Assembly: GCA_963422205.2 (NCBI GenBank)
Contig: CAXMWX010000005.1
Span: forward strand, 352,001 to 416,000
Length of the DNA stretch: 64,000 nt
Reading direction: 5' to 3'
Source: Gammaproteobacteria bacterium
GTDB taxonomy: Bacteria; Pseudomonadota; Gammaproteobacteria; Eutrophobiales; Eutrophobiaceae
Positions within the stretch are counted from its first letter, which is position 1. Each line of letters begins with the position of its first letter. Under the pieces are notes generated by a model that had not been told where the DNA came from, made no database searches, and saw only the letters and a program-made list of their open reading frames with translations. The position numbers and the translations under genes are program-made. Of this stretch, positions 1 to 11,575 are shown one piece after another.

Positions 1-231
1 ATCCGAAAACTCCCATACTCCATCCCCGCCCCAGGTACGAGACCAGGCATCTGTATCACGCCGGTTCATCGCAATAGCGCGCTTTGAGGTTTCGCATGCG
101 TAATTCATCACCCAACGGACAGCGTTTATCTGCTACCATGAAATACTCTCTTGCAACTTAGTTTACAGACAACATGAGTTTAACCCAATGTATGAATTTG
201 ATTGCATTAAATAATCAATCAGGATTTTATT

Positions 232-765
232 ATGAAGCTGCCAACAGATACTGATGTATTTCAAAATTCCTGGGTCGTTGATGACATTGAAGCCGCCGCG
301 ATGGAATGGGTAACACTTTTTAATATAGGGCCGTTCTTCATCGGCGAATACAGCCCAAAGATAATATCCGAGGTCACTTATCGAGGGGCGCCAGGTGAAT
401 TGAATATGCTGGTCGGGCTGGCCCAGGCAGGTGCGATTCAAATCGAACTCATTCAGCCGGTGGGAGATAAACCCAACTGTTATCGTGATGTTGTAAAGCC
501 AGGCGAAACCATGCTGCATCACGTGTGCGTCTGGACGGACGATCTTGATGCGGATCTTGCGTATTATCAAAGCAAAGGCTGTGAGATTGCCAACACGGGA
601 AGGGTTACAGATAACAACGCCCGCTTCGGCTACGTTGACACCTACAGGCAGCTAAACTGTATGATTGAAATACTGGAACACAATGACTCCATTAAAGCAG
701 TATTTAAAATGATCGCCGATACCTGTAGCACCTGGGATGGCAAAGACCCTATTCGACACTACTAG
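232..765 (+). CDS. VOC (glyoxalase/methylmalonyl-CoA epimerase-like) family protein
   Basis: 177-aa ORF with VOC-type segments (WVVDDIEAA, QIELIQP, LHHVCVW, MIEILE). Confidence 0.75.
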   Translation: MKLPTDTDVFQNSWVVDDIEAAAMEWVTLFNIGPFFIGEYSPKIISEVTYRGAPGELNMLVGLAQAGAIQIELIQPVGDKPNCYRDVVKPGETMLHHVCVWTDDLDADLAYYQSKGCEIANTGRVTDNNARFGYVDTYRQLNCMIEILEHNDSIKAVFKMIADTCSTWDGKDPIRHY

Positions 766-768
766 AAG

Positions 769-1622
769 ATGAACGACATCAACAGACAATTTCTGCTCGC
801 TGTTCGGCCTGAAGGCATGGTCAAAGCGACAGACTTCAGCTATCACGAGGATAAGATACCAATCATCATTAGATGGCGAAGGCCTGATCAAAGTCATGTT
901 TATCTCAATGGACCCGGCCATGCGCGGCTGGATGGAGAATCGCGGTGATTACATGGCCCCGCTGGCCCTTGGCGAGGTCATGCGGGCATTTGCGGTGGGT
1001 GAGGTGATCGAAACAAAAAGCGGACAATACAATCAGGGGGATTATGTCTGTGGCCTGTTTGGCTGGCAGGACTGTGCCGTTATCAAAGACAATGACACAT
1101 CATGCTACCGGGTCAACCCGGCGTATCCACTGCCCGCCTAGCTGGGTGTATTCGGTGTCACCGGATTAACAGCCTACGTCGGTTTACTGGATATTGGTCA
1201 ACCGCTGGCTGAAACACGCGTTGGGGGTTGATGAGACCATCAACTACAAAGAAGAAGATGTGCAAACAAAAATCAACAGCCTCTGCCCGGATGGCATCGA
1301 CATTTATTTTGATAATGTCGGGGGGGATATATTGGACCTCGCCCTGGCGAACCTCCCCCATAAGGCGCACGTTGTCTTGTGCGGCGGGATATCCCGTTAT
1401 AACGCAAGCGGGCCTGTCCCCGGGCCGGCGAATGATTTTAACCTGATCTTCCAGCGCGCCCCCATGCAGGGCTTTATTGTGATTGATGATGCCATCACTG
1501 AACTGAAGCAGTGGCTTGATCAAGGCAAGCCGAAATATGCCGATAACATCCAGCAGGGATTTAAAGATCTTCCTGCAACCTTAATCAGATTGTTTGAAGG
1601 TAAAAATACCGGCGAGCAATAA
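769..1622 (+). pseudogene. NADP-dependent oxidoreductase (CurA/prostaglandin reductase-like), fragmented
   Basis: Starts MNDINRQFLLAVRPEG; fragments SMDPAMRGWM, GIDIYFDNVGG, LCGGISRYN, LFEGKNTG lie in different frames with stops and an internal deletion. Confidence 0.75.
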
Positions 1623-1666
1623 CCCCAGGTGCAGAAGAGAGTAAAAATTCTAGCGGGAGATCACCG

Positions 1667-2388
1667 ATGCTGACGCTGAACTGCCGGGATAAAATCGTTT
1701 TTATCAGCGTTGCGGGGCCGGCATGGGGCGGCTGGCGGCCAGGCGCTTCGCCGAAGCAAACGCAAAGCTGATTATCGTCGACATTAATGCGGCAGCCATC
1801 GATAAAACCGCCGATGAAATACAGCCATACACCGGCGATGTGCTTGTACTATGTTGTGATGTCACACAGGAGTCAAGCGTGCACGCCTGCATCACCAGAG
1901 CATACCAGGAATTCGGTACGATTGATGTGGCCATGAATAACGCCGGCATGTTACAAAATCCGGGCAGGCTTGCTGGTATTGCAGCAGATGAATTTGAGCG
2001 CCGTATGGACATAAACACCGGTGGCGTATTCTGGTGCATGAAACAGGGAAATAACGGAGTGATCCTTAACCGCCCATCAGCGGCCGGCGTGATCGGCACG
2101 CCTTAATGGCGGCCTGTGCATTGGCCTGACTAAAACAGTCACCCTGGAGTATGCCCGATTTAATATTCGGATTAACGCACTCTGTCCCAGCCATGTGGAC
2201 AGCCCTATGGTGGATGCTTTTACCGATAACAAAGCAGAACAACTGGATAAATGACGCCAGGCGATACCCATGAAACGTCTGGCGACCATGGACGAAGTGG
2301 TCAATGCCATGTTGTGGTTATGTTCGGAGACAATACGCATATGACCGGGCAGGCGCTTTCGATCGATGGGGGGCTTACCGCTGGATAA
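1667..2388 (+). pseudogene. Short-chain dehydrogenase/reductase, fragmented
   Basis: CDVT and NNAG motifs, then IRINALCP and TGQALSIDGG in other frames; the catalytic YxxxK region is disrupted. Confidence 0.7.
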
Positions 2389-2603
2389 TCCGGCAAAAGC
2401 GAACGCCCGCATTTTTAACAAACGCCGTATGTCCGGCCTGGCGTTGCTCTGCCAAGGCATGGGAAAAACCGTAATGACCCCCGTAATGATTCACTGGGCT
2501 TGCAACTTAATAATATAAACGAAAAGCAGAACTCATCGCACCCTACAAAGCAAATCGGAGTAAGCCGATGACATATTTGCCTGGTTACAAAACTACCCTC
2601 ATC

Positions 2604-2679
<76 letters not shown>

Positions 2680-2697
2680 TTTTAAGGTAAGGGAAAC

Positions 2698-2774
2698 TGG
2701 GGTGAGTGATGGGGCTTGAACCCACGACCTCCGGAGCCACAATCCAGCGCTCTGCCAACTGAGCTACACCCACC
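2698..2774 (-). tRNA. tRNA-His(GTG)
   Basis: Reverse complement (G)GTGGGTGTAGCTCAG...TTGTGGC...TTCAAG...CCCCA with G-1. Confidence 0.95.
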
Positions 2775-2867
2775 ATGATCGGTGATCTCATAAGCCAGGC
2801 ACAGACTGACAGCGTATGTGCCTGCATGCGCTTCTGAGGAGCGCTCGCAAATAACCCCGGCAAAACA

Positions 2868-2944
2868 TGGCGCGCCCGAGAGGACTCGAACCTCTAACCC
2901 TCGGCTTAGAAGGCCGATGCTCTATCCGGTTGAGCTACGGGCGC
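2868..2944 (-). tRNA. tRNA-Arg(TCT)
   Basis: Reverse complement GCGCCCGTAGCTCAACCGGATAGAGC...CTTCTAA...TTCGAG...CGCCA. Confidence 0.95.
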
Positions 2945-3056
2945 ATTAACGCCGCCTGTCACCTTGCTGATAAAAACAGCGCTTGCCGCTTTGATCAAAA
3001 AGCCGACCTCAACAGCAGGCTGAGCATACGGTTATGCGCGCAATTCAGCCGGGAAT

Positions 3057-3133
3057 TGGTCGGGGCAGAGGGATTTGAACCCCCGACCCTCTGCTCCCAA
3101 AGCAGATGCGCTACCAGACTGCGCTATGCCCCG
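3057..3133 (-). tRNA. tRNA-Pro(TGG)
   Basis: Reverse complement CGGGGCATAGCGCAGTCTGGTAGCGC...TTTGGGA...TTCAAAT...GACCA. Confidence 0.95.
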
Positions 3134-3249
3134 ATGCCCGATGTGTTTTATTGACACGCAACATCGGCCTGCCGGCGTCCCGATCAGGGGGTGCGATGAT
3201 ACGCTCAAGGGCAGTAGGCGTCAATGTAAGCGGCTGAATTTTTATCGCT

Positions 3250-4629
3250 TTATTGCCTGCGCCAGGTGGTGCCGGTGGCCGAGTCTTCCAGGATGATGCC
3301 CATCGTTTGTAACTGCTGACGGATCTGATCGGCGTGCGTGTAATTTTTCTCTGCCTTCGCTGCCGTGCGCGCATCGATCAGCGCCTGAATCTGCTCATCA
3401 CCCCCCGCATCACTGCCGCCGCTTTTAAGAAAGGTCTCCGCATCATCTTCAAGGATGCCGAGAATGGCGCCCAGGTAGCGCAAGGTGCAGGCCAGGTCGC
3501 TGGCCAGCAGGTTATTTTTCTCTGTCGTTTTATTCAGCTCTCCGGCCAGCTCATGCAGCAGGCTGATGGCCTTTCTGCTGTTAAAGTCATCGTTCATACT
3601 GGCTTCAAACCGCATCACCCAATCCTCGATCACATCGCCGCCTTGTGCATCGGCAAGCCGAAGTGCGATGTACAGTCGGCTCAAACTGGCCCGGGCCTCT
3701 CTGAGGTGTTCCTCTGAGTAGTTTAACGGGCTGCGGTAATGGCTGGAGAGAATAAAAAAGCGCACCACTTCCGGCTGGAAGCGTTGCAGCAGCTTGCGGA
3801 TGGTGAGGAAATTGCCCGAGGACTTGGACATCTTCTCATCATCAATACGCACAAAGCCATTGTGCATCCACAGGTTCACAAACTCACCGCCATTGGCACC
3901 ACAGGACTGGGCAAGCTCGTTCTCATGATGCGGGAATAGCAAGTCCATGCCGCCGCCGTGAATATCAAAGTGATTGCCAAGCGCATGGGTGGACATGGCC
4001 GAGCATTCAATATGCCAGCCGGGCCGGCCCGGGCCGAAGGGCGAATCCCAACGAGGCTCATCGCCCCTAGCAGCCTTCCACAAGACAAAATCCAGCGGGT
4101 CGTCTTTGTCTTCGGCGATATCCACCCGTGCCCCCGCCTTGAGATCGTCGAGGTTTCTCTTCGATAGCTGGCCGTAGTTTGCACAGGCGCTGACATCATA
4201 ATAGACATCGCCATTGCCAGCCTGATAGGCAAAGCCGTTGGCGAGCAGCCGTTCGATCATGCCGATGATCTGCGGCAGGTGGGCGGTGGCACGCGGCTCA
4301 CCATCAGGCGGCAACATGTTCAAGGCCGCCATATCCGCATGCATGGCCTGGATGAAACGTCCGGTCAGTGCATCGATGCTCTCGCCATTGGCATGGGCGC
4401 GGGCGATGATCTTATCGTCAATATCGGTGATATTGCGGATGTAGTTCACCTCATAGCCCTGGTGGCGCAGGTAACGGTTTACCATATCAAACACCACCAG
4501 CATCCGGGCATGGCCCAGGTGGCAATAGTCATACACGGTGATACCACAGACATACATCCCCACCTTGCCCGGCGAGAGCGGGATAAATGGCTCTTTAACA
4601 CCGCTCATGGAGTTATGGATTGACAGCAT
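3250..4629 (-). CDS. cysS: Cysteine--tRNA ligase
   Basis: [14 protein letters not shown] (HIGH-type), [12 protein letters not shown] and KMSKS motifs; start placed at MLSIHNS. Confidence 0.97.
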   Translation of the reverse strand: MLSIHNSMSGVKEPFIPLSPGKVGMYVCGITVYDYCHLGHARMLVVFDMVNRYLRHQGYEVNYIRNITDIDDKIIARAHANGESIDALTGRFIQAMHADMAALNMLPPDGEPRATAHLPQIIGMIERLLANGFAYQAGNGDVYYDVSACANYGQLSKRNLDDLKAGARVDIAEDKDDPLDFVLWKAARGDEPRWDSPFGPGRPGWHIECSAMSTHALGNHFDIHGGGMDLLFPHHENELAQSCGANGGEFVNLWMHNGFVRIDDEKMSKSSGNFLTIRKLLQRFQPEVVRFFILSSHYRSPLNYSEEHLREARASLSRLYIALRLADAQGGDVIEDWVMRFEASMNDDFNSRKAISLLHELAGELNKTTEKNNLLASDLACTLRYLGAILGILEDDAETFLKSGGSDAGGDEQIQALIDARTAAKAEKNYTHADQIRQQLQTMGIILEDSATGTTWRRQ

Positions 4630-4734
4630 GGATTCGGTACATAGAGTTAGCGCAGCGCGCATGGTATCAAAAGAACAGCAGGCTGAGAAAACTGATATGA
4701 TAGGCCGCCTGACAGCCAGAGGAGGACGCAAGAC

Positions 4735-5231
4735 ATGAAGGTACGCCTTTGCACCCGTATGGGCGAGATAGAATTGGAATTACATCAGGACAAGGCGCCG
4801 GATACGGTGGCGAATTTTATCCGCTATGTAGAATCCGGCCATTATGCGGGGACCATTTTTCATCGTGTGATCGAGGAGTTCATGATCCAGGGTGGTGGCC
4901 TTGATGCGGATATGAACACCTTGCCCACCAATGAACCGGTCTTGAACGAGGCCTGACAGCGGCCTCAGCAACCTGCTTGGCACCGTTGCCATGGCACGTA
5001 CCGGCGACCCGCATTCTGCCTCGGCGCAGTTCTTCATCAACACCACCGACAATGCCTTCCTGAATCACCGCAACAAGACCGATGATGGCTGGGGCTATTG
5101 TGTCTTCGGCAAGGTGATTGGCGGTATGGAGGTGGTGGAGAGAATCGAGGAAGTGCCAACGACCCACCGCAACGGTTATCAGGACGTGCCGGAGCGAAGT
5201 GATTCTGATCGAAACAGCCGTCTTGTTGTAA
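4735..5231 (+). CDS. ppiB: Peptidyl-prolyl cis-trans isomerase B (cyclophilin), apparent frameshifts
   Basis: [40 protein letters not shown]; divergent from cysS as usual; frameshifts near 4953 and 5192. Confidence 0.9.
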
Positions 5232-5236
5232 GCCCG

Positions 5237-6002
5237 ATGACCAGGCCCGCCATGGCCCGTCCTGATGCTCTCCGATCTGCATTTGTGTCCCCGGCGGCCC
5301 CGGCAGCTGGATGTGTTCAAGCAGTTTCTCGCCGGCCCGCCCGCACGCACCGCCGAGGCGGTGTATATCCTCGGTGATCTGTTTGAACAGTTCTGGCTGG
5401 GTGATGATGATCGATCGACGCCGCCTGCCGATGAGATCATGGCACACTTGAAATCCTGTGCCGAGGCGAACCCCAATCTGTTTTTTAATCCGCGGTAACC
5501 GCGACCTGATGGCAGGCGATCAGTTTACCCGGCGCAGTGGCTGCACCCCTGTTAGCCGATGAGACGGTGATCGACCTGAACGGCCAGCCGGCCCTGCTCA
5601 TGCACGGCGATCTGCTGTGCAGCAACGATACGGGTTATCAGCGCTATCGCGCTTTTCTGGAGATGCCGGCTGTTCGTCACAGCTAACCTGGCCCTGCCCT
5701 ATGCTGTGCGCGCCCCGGCTCGCTCATGGTTTACGCACGTTCATGCCAGCACCGTCGGCGCGCAGAAGCCACCGCCACACGTTGATGTGGATACCGCCAC
5801 CGTTCTCAAGAGCCATGCAGCAACATCATGTGCGCCTCTTGATTCACGGCCCATACCCACCGCCCGGCAGTGCATGAGATACAGGTCAATGGCAAGGCCG
5901 GGCAACGGATTGTGCTGGGCGACTGCGTATGCAGAGGGCTTAGTGCTGGTGTGTGAGGGCGATGAGCGGGAGCTTATCAGCGTGACAGAATTGGTGCAAT
6001 AA
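5237..6002 (+). CDS. lpxH: UDP-2,3-diacylglucosamine diphosphatase, several apparent frameshifts
   Basis: [33 protein letters not shown] fragments; conserved cysS-ppiB-lpxH synteny. Confidence 0.85.
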
Positions 6003-6006
6003 CCGG

Positions 6007-6938
6007 CTAGGGCAACCATCCCGGTATCGTCACCAGCCCCTAACGTGGTCAGCCAGACGATCAGGCTACGATTTAACAGCGCCCGGGTCTCCAGCAGCCA
6101 GTCGGCAAACGGCTTGCGACCATCCGCATCATCATCAGCCCTCTCATCAGCCGCATCATCAGTATAGACGGCAGGCGGGTATTGCAGCGCACCCAGGGCG
6201 CTTTGCTCTATGATCGCCTCGCCTGCGCTGAGGGAATCATTCCTGCTCTCATCCCAGGCCCTCGCCCAGCCGCGGCCAGCGCATCGGGCAGGCTGCCGGC
6301 AACAGCACAGGCCAAGGCCAGGAGGCGTGCCGATGGCCAGGCCAGGAACTGATACAGTACAGTTCACAGACCGCAGCGGCGTAGTGGCCATGGATATCAC
6401 GGTATTTTTCCAGCAGGCGAACGGTGAGGCAAAACAGCAGGGCGCCGACGGCATCCAGCACGACAAACCAGAAGATCACACCGAACAGGCGTACATGTGC
6501 ATAGCAGATAAAGGCCGCCAGCACCGTGCGCTGATCGGCCTCGCCCCTTGCTATCAGCAGCCTGGCTTCAATGTCGGTGCGGATGTCGATCTCGGCGGTG
6601 TTGTCATGGCTGCCCATTGCCTGGACATATTGCCTGAACAGGCCGTTCATATCCGGGCCGATGCTGTAGACCAGCACGATCAGACCCAGCAGATAAGCCA
6701 CAGCAACATGCAGATGAGCCAGCAGATAGCCCGCCAGGATCAGCAGCAGCAAGGGCACAGCCAGGGTAAACACCAGGCCCGCCTTGCCGTCCCACCAGGC
6801 ACGACCGCTGAGGCGAACCTCCAGGGCATGATGATAGCGGTCAAACCAGGCCAGCGAGCAGAACCTGACCATGCCGCCGGGGGCGTATTCTGATCCCCGC
6901 ACGATTGACAGGGCGAGCAACAGGGAGATAAGCGACAT
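6007..6938 (-). CDS. ampE: AmpE/CobD-like membrane protein, C-terminus frameshifted
   Basis: Hydrophobic protein with LFGVIFWFVVL, directly downstream of ampD; C-terminal LLNRSLIVWL in another frame. Confidence 0.75.
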
Positions 6939-6967
6939 AAGCCCCTATGATACGCTATTCGTGCGGG

Positions 6968-7528
6968 CTATTCATCCGGCGGGGCGAGGCCTAGCCTGGC
7001 CCAGTCAAAGGCCGGGCCGGGATCGGTCTTGCGGCCAGCGGCGATATGGGCATGGCTGGTGATCCGATCATCGCTGATGGCCGGCCAGGCGGCCTGCAAC
7101 ACAGCCAGAAGAGCGCCTAATGTGGCATATTGCCCTGCCTCATAGGGGATATCATCGGCGCCTTCCAACTCAATGCCGATGGAATAATCATTGCAATGCG
7201 GGCGGCCACAAAACACCGACTCGCCAGCATGCCAGGCACGCTGGTGCAGCGGCACAAATTGCGTCACCTGCCCGGCCCGATCAATGAACAGATGCGCCGA
7301 TACCCGCAGCCTGTAAATCCCGGCAAAGTAAGGATGCCGGGCCGAATCCAGCCGATTGGTGAACAGCTGTTCTACATAGCCACCGCCAAACTCGCCCGGC
7401 GGCAGGCTGATGCCGTGGATGACGATCAGGCTGATATCCCCTGCCTCCGGCCGGGCATCGCAATTAGGCGAGCGGATCCGGCGCAGCGGGGCCAGCCATT
7501 CTCGTGCTGCATCCAGGGTAAAGTGCAT
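6968..7528 (-). CDS. ampD: 1,6-anhydro-N-acetylmuramyl-L-alanine amidase
   Basis: SPNCDARP, IHGISLPPGEFGG, VSAH, RAWHAG, CNDYSIGIELEG, RKTDPG. Confidence 0.95.
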   Translation of the reverse strand: MHFTLDAAREWLAPLRRIRSPNCDARPEAGDISLIVIHGISLPPGEFGGGYVEQLFTNRLDSARHPYFAGIYRLRVSAHLFIDRAGQVTQFVPLHQRAWHAGESVFCGRPHCNDYSIGIELEGADDIPYEAGQYATLGALLAVLQAAWPAISDDRITSHAHIAAGRKTDPGPAFDWARLGLAPPDE

Positions 7529-7601
7529 GGCATTTCATGATATGACAGATTCGGTTAGGATGTGCCAGCAATAGCGCAAGATCAACCGATGAGGAGGGGC
7601 C

Positions 7602-8375
7602 ATGTGCCGACTGGCGGCCTACCGGGGATTGAGGATAAGCCTGGATCACCTGCTCAACACGGGCACACAATCCCTGTTCAGGCAATCCTGGGCGGCGGCC
7701 GAGTTACAGGATACGACACTGAATGCGGACGGCTTCGGCTTTGCCTGGTATCTCAACGGGCAGCCGGAGCGCTACGCCAGCACCTTGCCAGTCTGGTCTG
7801 ATACCAACCTGACCGGCCTCGGCAAGACACTGCACAGCCAGCAGTGGGCGGCCTATGTACGCAGCGCCACGCCCGGCCAGCCGCTGAGCCTTGCCAACAC
7901 CCAGCCGTTTACCTGGCAGCAGTGTACCTTCCTGCACAATGGTCGCATTGCCGACTTTAATGAGGGCCCAAGGCAACGCCTGCACGAGTTGCTTGAGGCC
8001 ACCCTGGCGGCTGAAATCCAGGGCAATACGGATTCGGAATACCTGTTTGCGCTGGTGAAGCATTTTCTGCAGCAGGGCGTATCCGTCCAGCAGGCCATCT
8101 GCGAGACCACGGCCTGCCTGCCAGACGTGCTTGACGGGCATCAAGCATTGGTGACCATGATCCTGCTGGATGGACAAGACATCGTCTGTTGCCGTCATGC
8201 TGTCAATGGGGCCGCTTGCCCGACCCTGTACTACACCCGGACACATTCCCGATTCGCCGATGGCCTGCTGCTGGCATCTGAACGGTTCTCTGAGGATGAG
8301 CGATGGCAGGCCGTACCCGAACACCATTGCCTTCACTTCACCGCTGAGAACCTGATCCGGGAAAACGCCCTGTAA
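7602..8375 (+). CDS. egtC: Class II glutamine amidotransferase, EgtC-like
   Basis: N-terminal MCRLAAY nucleophile Cys, NADGFGFAWY, VRSATPG, FLHNG, GNTDSE; overlaps an egtB-like gene. Confidence 0.8.
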   Translation: MCRLAAYRGLRISLDHLLNTGTQSLFRQSWAAAELQDTTLNADGFGFAWYLNGQPERYASTLPVWSDTNLTGLGKTLHSQQWAAYVRSATPGQPLSLANTQPFTWQQCTFLHNGRIADFNEGPRQRLHELLEATLAAEIQGNTDSEYLFALVKHFLQQGVSVQQAICETTACLPDVLDGHQALVTMILLDGQDIVCCRHAVNGAACPTLYYTRTHSRFADGLLLASERFSEDERWQAVPEHHCLHFTAENLIRENAL

Positions 8376-9526
8376 TGCGTCAACGGCTCGCTGCGCTCAA
8401 GGCCAATCGGCAACAACTGACGCACATCATCCAGCAACTCCCCGCCGATGACTGCTACCGGCAATACCATGCTGAACTCAGCCCGCTGGCCTGGCATCTG
8501 GGCCATTGTGTCTACACCGAGCTGCACTGGCTGCAAACGGCAACGCAGCGAACAGACGCCATGGATACGGCCTTAACCGCCTTGTATGTGCCGGAGTTGT
8601 CGGTTAAATCTGAACGGGCGGCCGCCCTGCCCGGCCATGAGGTGTTGCTGGACTGGGCGGCACAGCAACAGAGGCAGTGCCATGCTGAACTGGCCCGGCT
8701 CAACTGGCAGGCAAAGGACAATGCCCTGCTGCACAACGGCTACCTGCTGCGTTTTCTGGCACAGCATTATGCCCAGCATGTGGAGACGGCGCGCCTGATC
8801 CTGGTGCAATGGGCATTGCAGGGCGCTGATGAGGCCCCGTTATCAGCACCGCTGGCCGCAGCGGCCATCGATCGTGAGTGCGTATCCATGCCGGGCGGCA
8901 GCTATTCGGTGGGCTACACCGGGGATGGGTTTCATTACGATAACGAGGGGCCGGCGTTTGCGGTCCGGCTGGCGGGTTTCAGCCTGGCAAGACAGCCGGT
9001 CAGCCACGGCGAGTATCTCAGCTTCATCGCCGCTGGCGGCTATACCGACCGCACCTGCTGGAGTCCTGCTGGCTGGCACTGGCGGGTACAGCATGACATT
9101 CACGCCCCCATTCACTGGCGGCAGGATGAGGCCGGTAACTGGTGTGCCATCACGTTGCTTTGCGGGCATGAGATAAGCGATGAGACTCCCCTGTTTGGCA
9201 TCAGCCACCATGAGGCCAGTGCGTTTGCCCGCTGGGCCGGTGCGCGCCTGCCGCATGAATATGAATGGGAGGTCGCCTGCCGCCAGCAGCAACTCCCCGC
9301 CGTGGGGCACTGCTGGGAATGGTGTGCCAACCGCTTCCACCCCTATCCGGGCTTTGCTGCCTTTCCCTATGCAGGTTACTCAACGCCCTGGTTTGACGGG
9401 CGGCATTATGTATTGCGCGGGCACAGCCGGCACAGCCTGGATTGCGTACAGCGCCCCAGCTTTCGCAACTACTACCAGCCGCACCAGCGGCATATCCAGG
9501 CTGGCTTGCGTTTGTGTTTTCACTAG
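8375..9526 (+). CDS. egtB: EgtB/SUMF1-family non-heme iron sulfoxide synthase
   Basis: DinB-like metal His motifs (SPLAWHLGH, QHYAQH) plus FGE domain (YDNE, ARLPHEYEWE, WEWC, RPSFRNYY). Confidence 0.75.
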   Translation: MRQRLAALKANRQQLTHIIQQLPADDCYRQYHAELSPLAWHLGHCVYTELHWLQTATQRTDAMDTALTALYVPELSVKSERAAALPGHEVLLDWAAQQQRQCHAELARLNWQAKDNALLHNGYLLRFLAQHYAQHVETARLILVQWALQGADEAPLSAPLAAAAIDRECVSMPGGSYSVGYTGDGFHYDNEGPAFAVRLAGFSLARQPVSHGEYLSFIAAGGYTDRTCWSPAGWHWRVQHDIHAPIHWRQDEAGNWCAITLLCGHEISDETPLFGISHHEASAFARWAGARLPHEYEWEVACRQQQLPAVGHCWEWCANRFHPYPGFAAFPYAGYSTPWFDGRHYVLRGHSRHSLDCVQRPSFRNYYQPHQRHIQAGLRLCFH

Positions 9527-9686
9527 ATAGGGGCGATACTGGCCTTAGTCTCTGCCTGATTAACTCGCCAGAGAGCTGACGATGATTCGGTTGCCCCTAT
9601 CACGGATTCTTAACAAACAGTCAAGATCGCTATAACGACAGACGCTAACAACGAACGCCAACAACAAAGGCCAGCAGACAAACACC

Positions 9687-10217
9687 ATGGAACAGCACAC
9701 CGAGAACCCCACCGGCCGCATCGGCACCGCCATGACGGTGGCCGGCTGGCTGTTGTTGTTGGGATTACTGATCCTGCTGTTTGGCAACCACAGCAAACGG
9801 CAGGCACACCCGAACCAGCAGCTCAACAGCCGAAGCGTCAATGGCCTGGTGGAGATCAGACTCTTGCAAAACCGCCAGGGCCACTACATCGCCGATGGGC
9901 AGATCAACGGCCAGCCGGTGACCTTCATGCTCGATACCGGCGCCACCCTGATCAGCGTGCCGCTTGGTCTGGCCAACCGGCTGGCCCTGCGCCCCGGCCC
10001 GGCGATCGATGTACAGACGGCCAACGGCAGCATCAGCGTTCACCTGACACGTCTTGACAAGGTCAGCCTGGGCGATATCGAACGGCATGATCTCAGGGCA
10101 ACCATCAACCCGTACATGGATGATGACATGATCCTGCTGGGGATGGAATTTTTGAAGGATCTGAGGCTGGAACAACGCAACGATGCGCTGATTATCACGC
10201 AGCAACAAGGCCGATAA
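9687..10217 (+). CDS. Clan AA (retropepsin-like) aspartic protease, TIGR02281-type
   Basis: N-terminal TM helix, GHY, FMLDTGAT, TANG, LLGMEFL. Confidence 0.9.
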   Translation: MEQHTENPTGRIGTAMTVAGWLLLLGLLILLFGNHSKRQAHPNQQLNSRSVNGLVEIRLLQNRQGHYIADGQINGQPVTFMLDTGATLISVPLGLANRLALRPGPAIDVQTANGSISVHLTRLDKVSLGDIERHDLRATINPYMDDDMILLGMEFLKDLRLEQRNDALIITQQQGR

Positions 10218-10219
10218 GT

Positions 10220-11575
10220 ATGCAGCAGCTTACGCAGGCGGTGGATGCGATCAACGGGATCATCTGGGGCGATACGCTGGGCCTGCCGCTGCTGATCCCG
10301 CTGCTGGCCGGTGTGGGAATTTTTCTGACGCTACGCCTGCGGTTTCTCTCCATCACCCGGCTGCCCACGGCCTTCATCCTGCTCTGGTCTGGCCGTCGAT
10401 CGTCACACAGCGGCGAGATCTCCCCCTTCCAGGCACTGATGACGGCTTTATCGGCCACCATCGGCACGGGCAACATCGCCGGCGTGGCGACAGCGATCTA
10501 TGCCGGCGGGCCGGGGGCGATCTTCTGGATGTGGATGATCGCCCTGTTCGGCATGGCCACCAAATACGCCGAGGCAGTGCTGGCTGTGAAATACCGCCAG
10601 CGTGATGCCGCCGGCCGCTATGTGGGCGGGCCGATGTACTATATCCGCCATGGCCTGGGGGCGGGCTATGGCTGGTTGGCAACGGCATTCGCCCTGTTCG
10701 GGATGCTGGCCGCCTTTGGCATCGGCAACATGGTACAGGCCAACACCGTGGCGGCGGCGCTGCATGATCGCTTCGATATGCCGCTCTGGTTATCGGGGCT
10801 GATTGCCGCCGTCCTAGTGGCGATGGTCATCATCGGCGGGATCCGGCGCATCGGCGAGGTGGCCGCCCGAATCGTGCCGGTCATGGCAGGTGCATATATA
10901 CTGTGTGCGCTGACTGTCTTGGTGCTGAATTTCGGCCAGGTGCCCGCCGCCTTGCAGTTGATCATCAGCGATGCCTTTACCGGCACCGCCGCTGGCGGCG
11001 GCTTTCTGGGGGCCAGCGTCTGGATGGCGATACGCTTCGGCGTTGCCCGCGGCATCTTCTCCAATGAATCGGGCCTCGGCAGTGCGGCAATCGCCCATGC
11101 CGCCGCGCGCACCAACAGCCCGGTGCAACAGGGGCTGGTGGCGATGCTGGGCACGTTTATCGACACCCTCATCGTCTGCACCATGACCGCCCTGGTGATC
11201 ATCATCTCCGGGGCATGGCAAAGCGGCGAGAACGGTGCGGCCCTGTCGACACTGGCGTTCGCTACCACATTAAGCCAGACGGGCGCATATATCGTTGTCT
11301 TTGGCCTGGTGGTATTTGCCTTTACCACCATGCTGGGCTGGTCGTATTACGGCGAGCGCTGTGCGGCCTACCTGTTCGGCCAGCGAATCATCACGCCGTA
11401 CCGCCTGGCCTGGGTGCTGGCGATCTACATCGGCGCGGTGCAGAAAATCGATCTGGTGTGGAATTTCTCCGATGCCATGAATGGCCTGATGGCCCTGCCC
11501 AACCTGGTTGCGCTGCTATTGCTCAGCCCGGTCATCGTCAGGCTCACGCGGGCGTATTTTCATGAACGCCCCTGA
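10220..11575 (+). CDS. Alanine/glycine:cation symporter (AGCS family)
   Basis: ATIGTGNIAGVATAI, GGPGAIFWMW, GGPMYYI, RGIFSNESGLGSA. Confidence 0.93.
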   Translation: MQQLTQAVDAINGIIWGDTLGLPLLIPLLAGVGIFLTLRLRFLSITRLPTAFILLWSGRRSSHSGEISPFQALMTALSATIGTGNIAGVATAIYAGGPGAIFWMWMIALFGMATKYAEAVLAVKYRQRDAAGRYVGGPMYYIRHGLGAGYGWLATAFALFGMLAAFGIGNMVQANTVAAALHDRFDMPLWLSGLIAAVLVAMVIIGGIRRIGEVAARIVPVMAGAYILCALTVLVLNFGQVPAALQLIISDAFTGTAAGGGFLGASVWMAIRFGVARGIFSNESGLGSAAIAHAAARTNSPVQQGLVAMLGTFIDTLIVCTMTALVIIISGAWQSGENGAALSTLAFATTLSQTGAYIVVFGLVVFAFTTMLGWSYYGERCAAYLFGQRIITPYRLAWVLAIYIGAVQKIDLVWNFSDAMNGLMALPNLVALLLLSPVIVRLTRAYFHERP

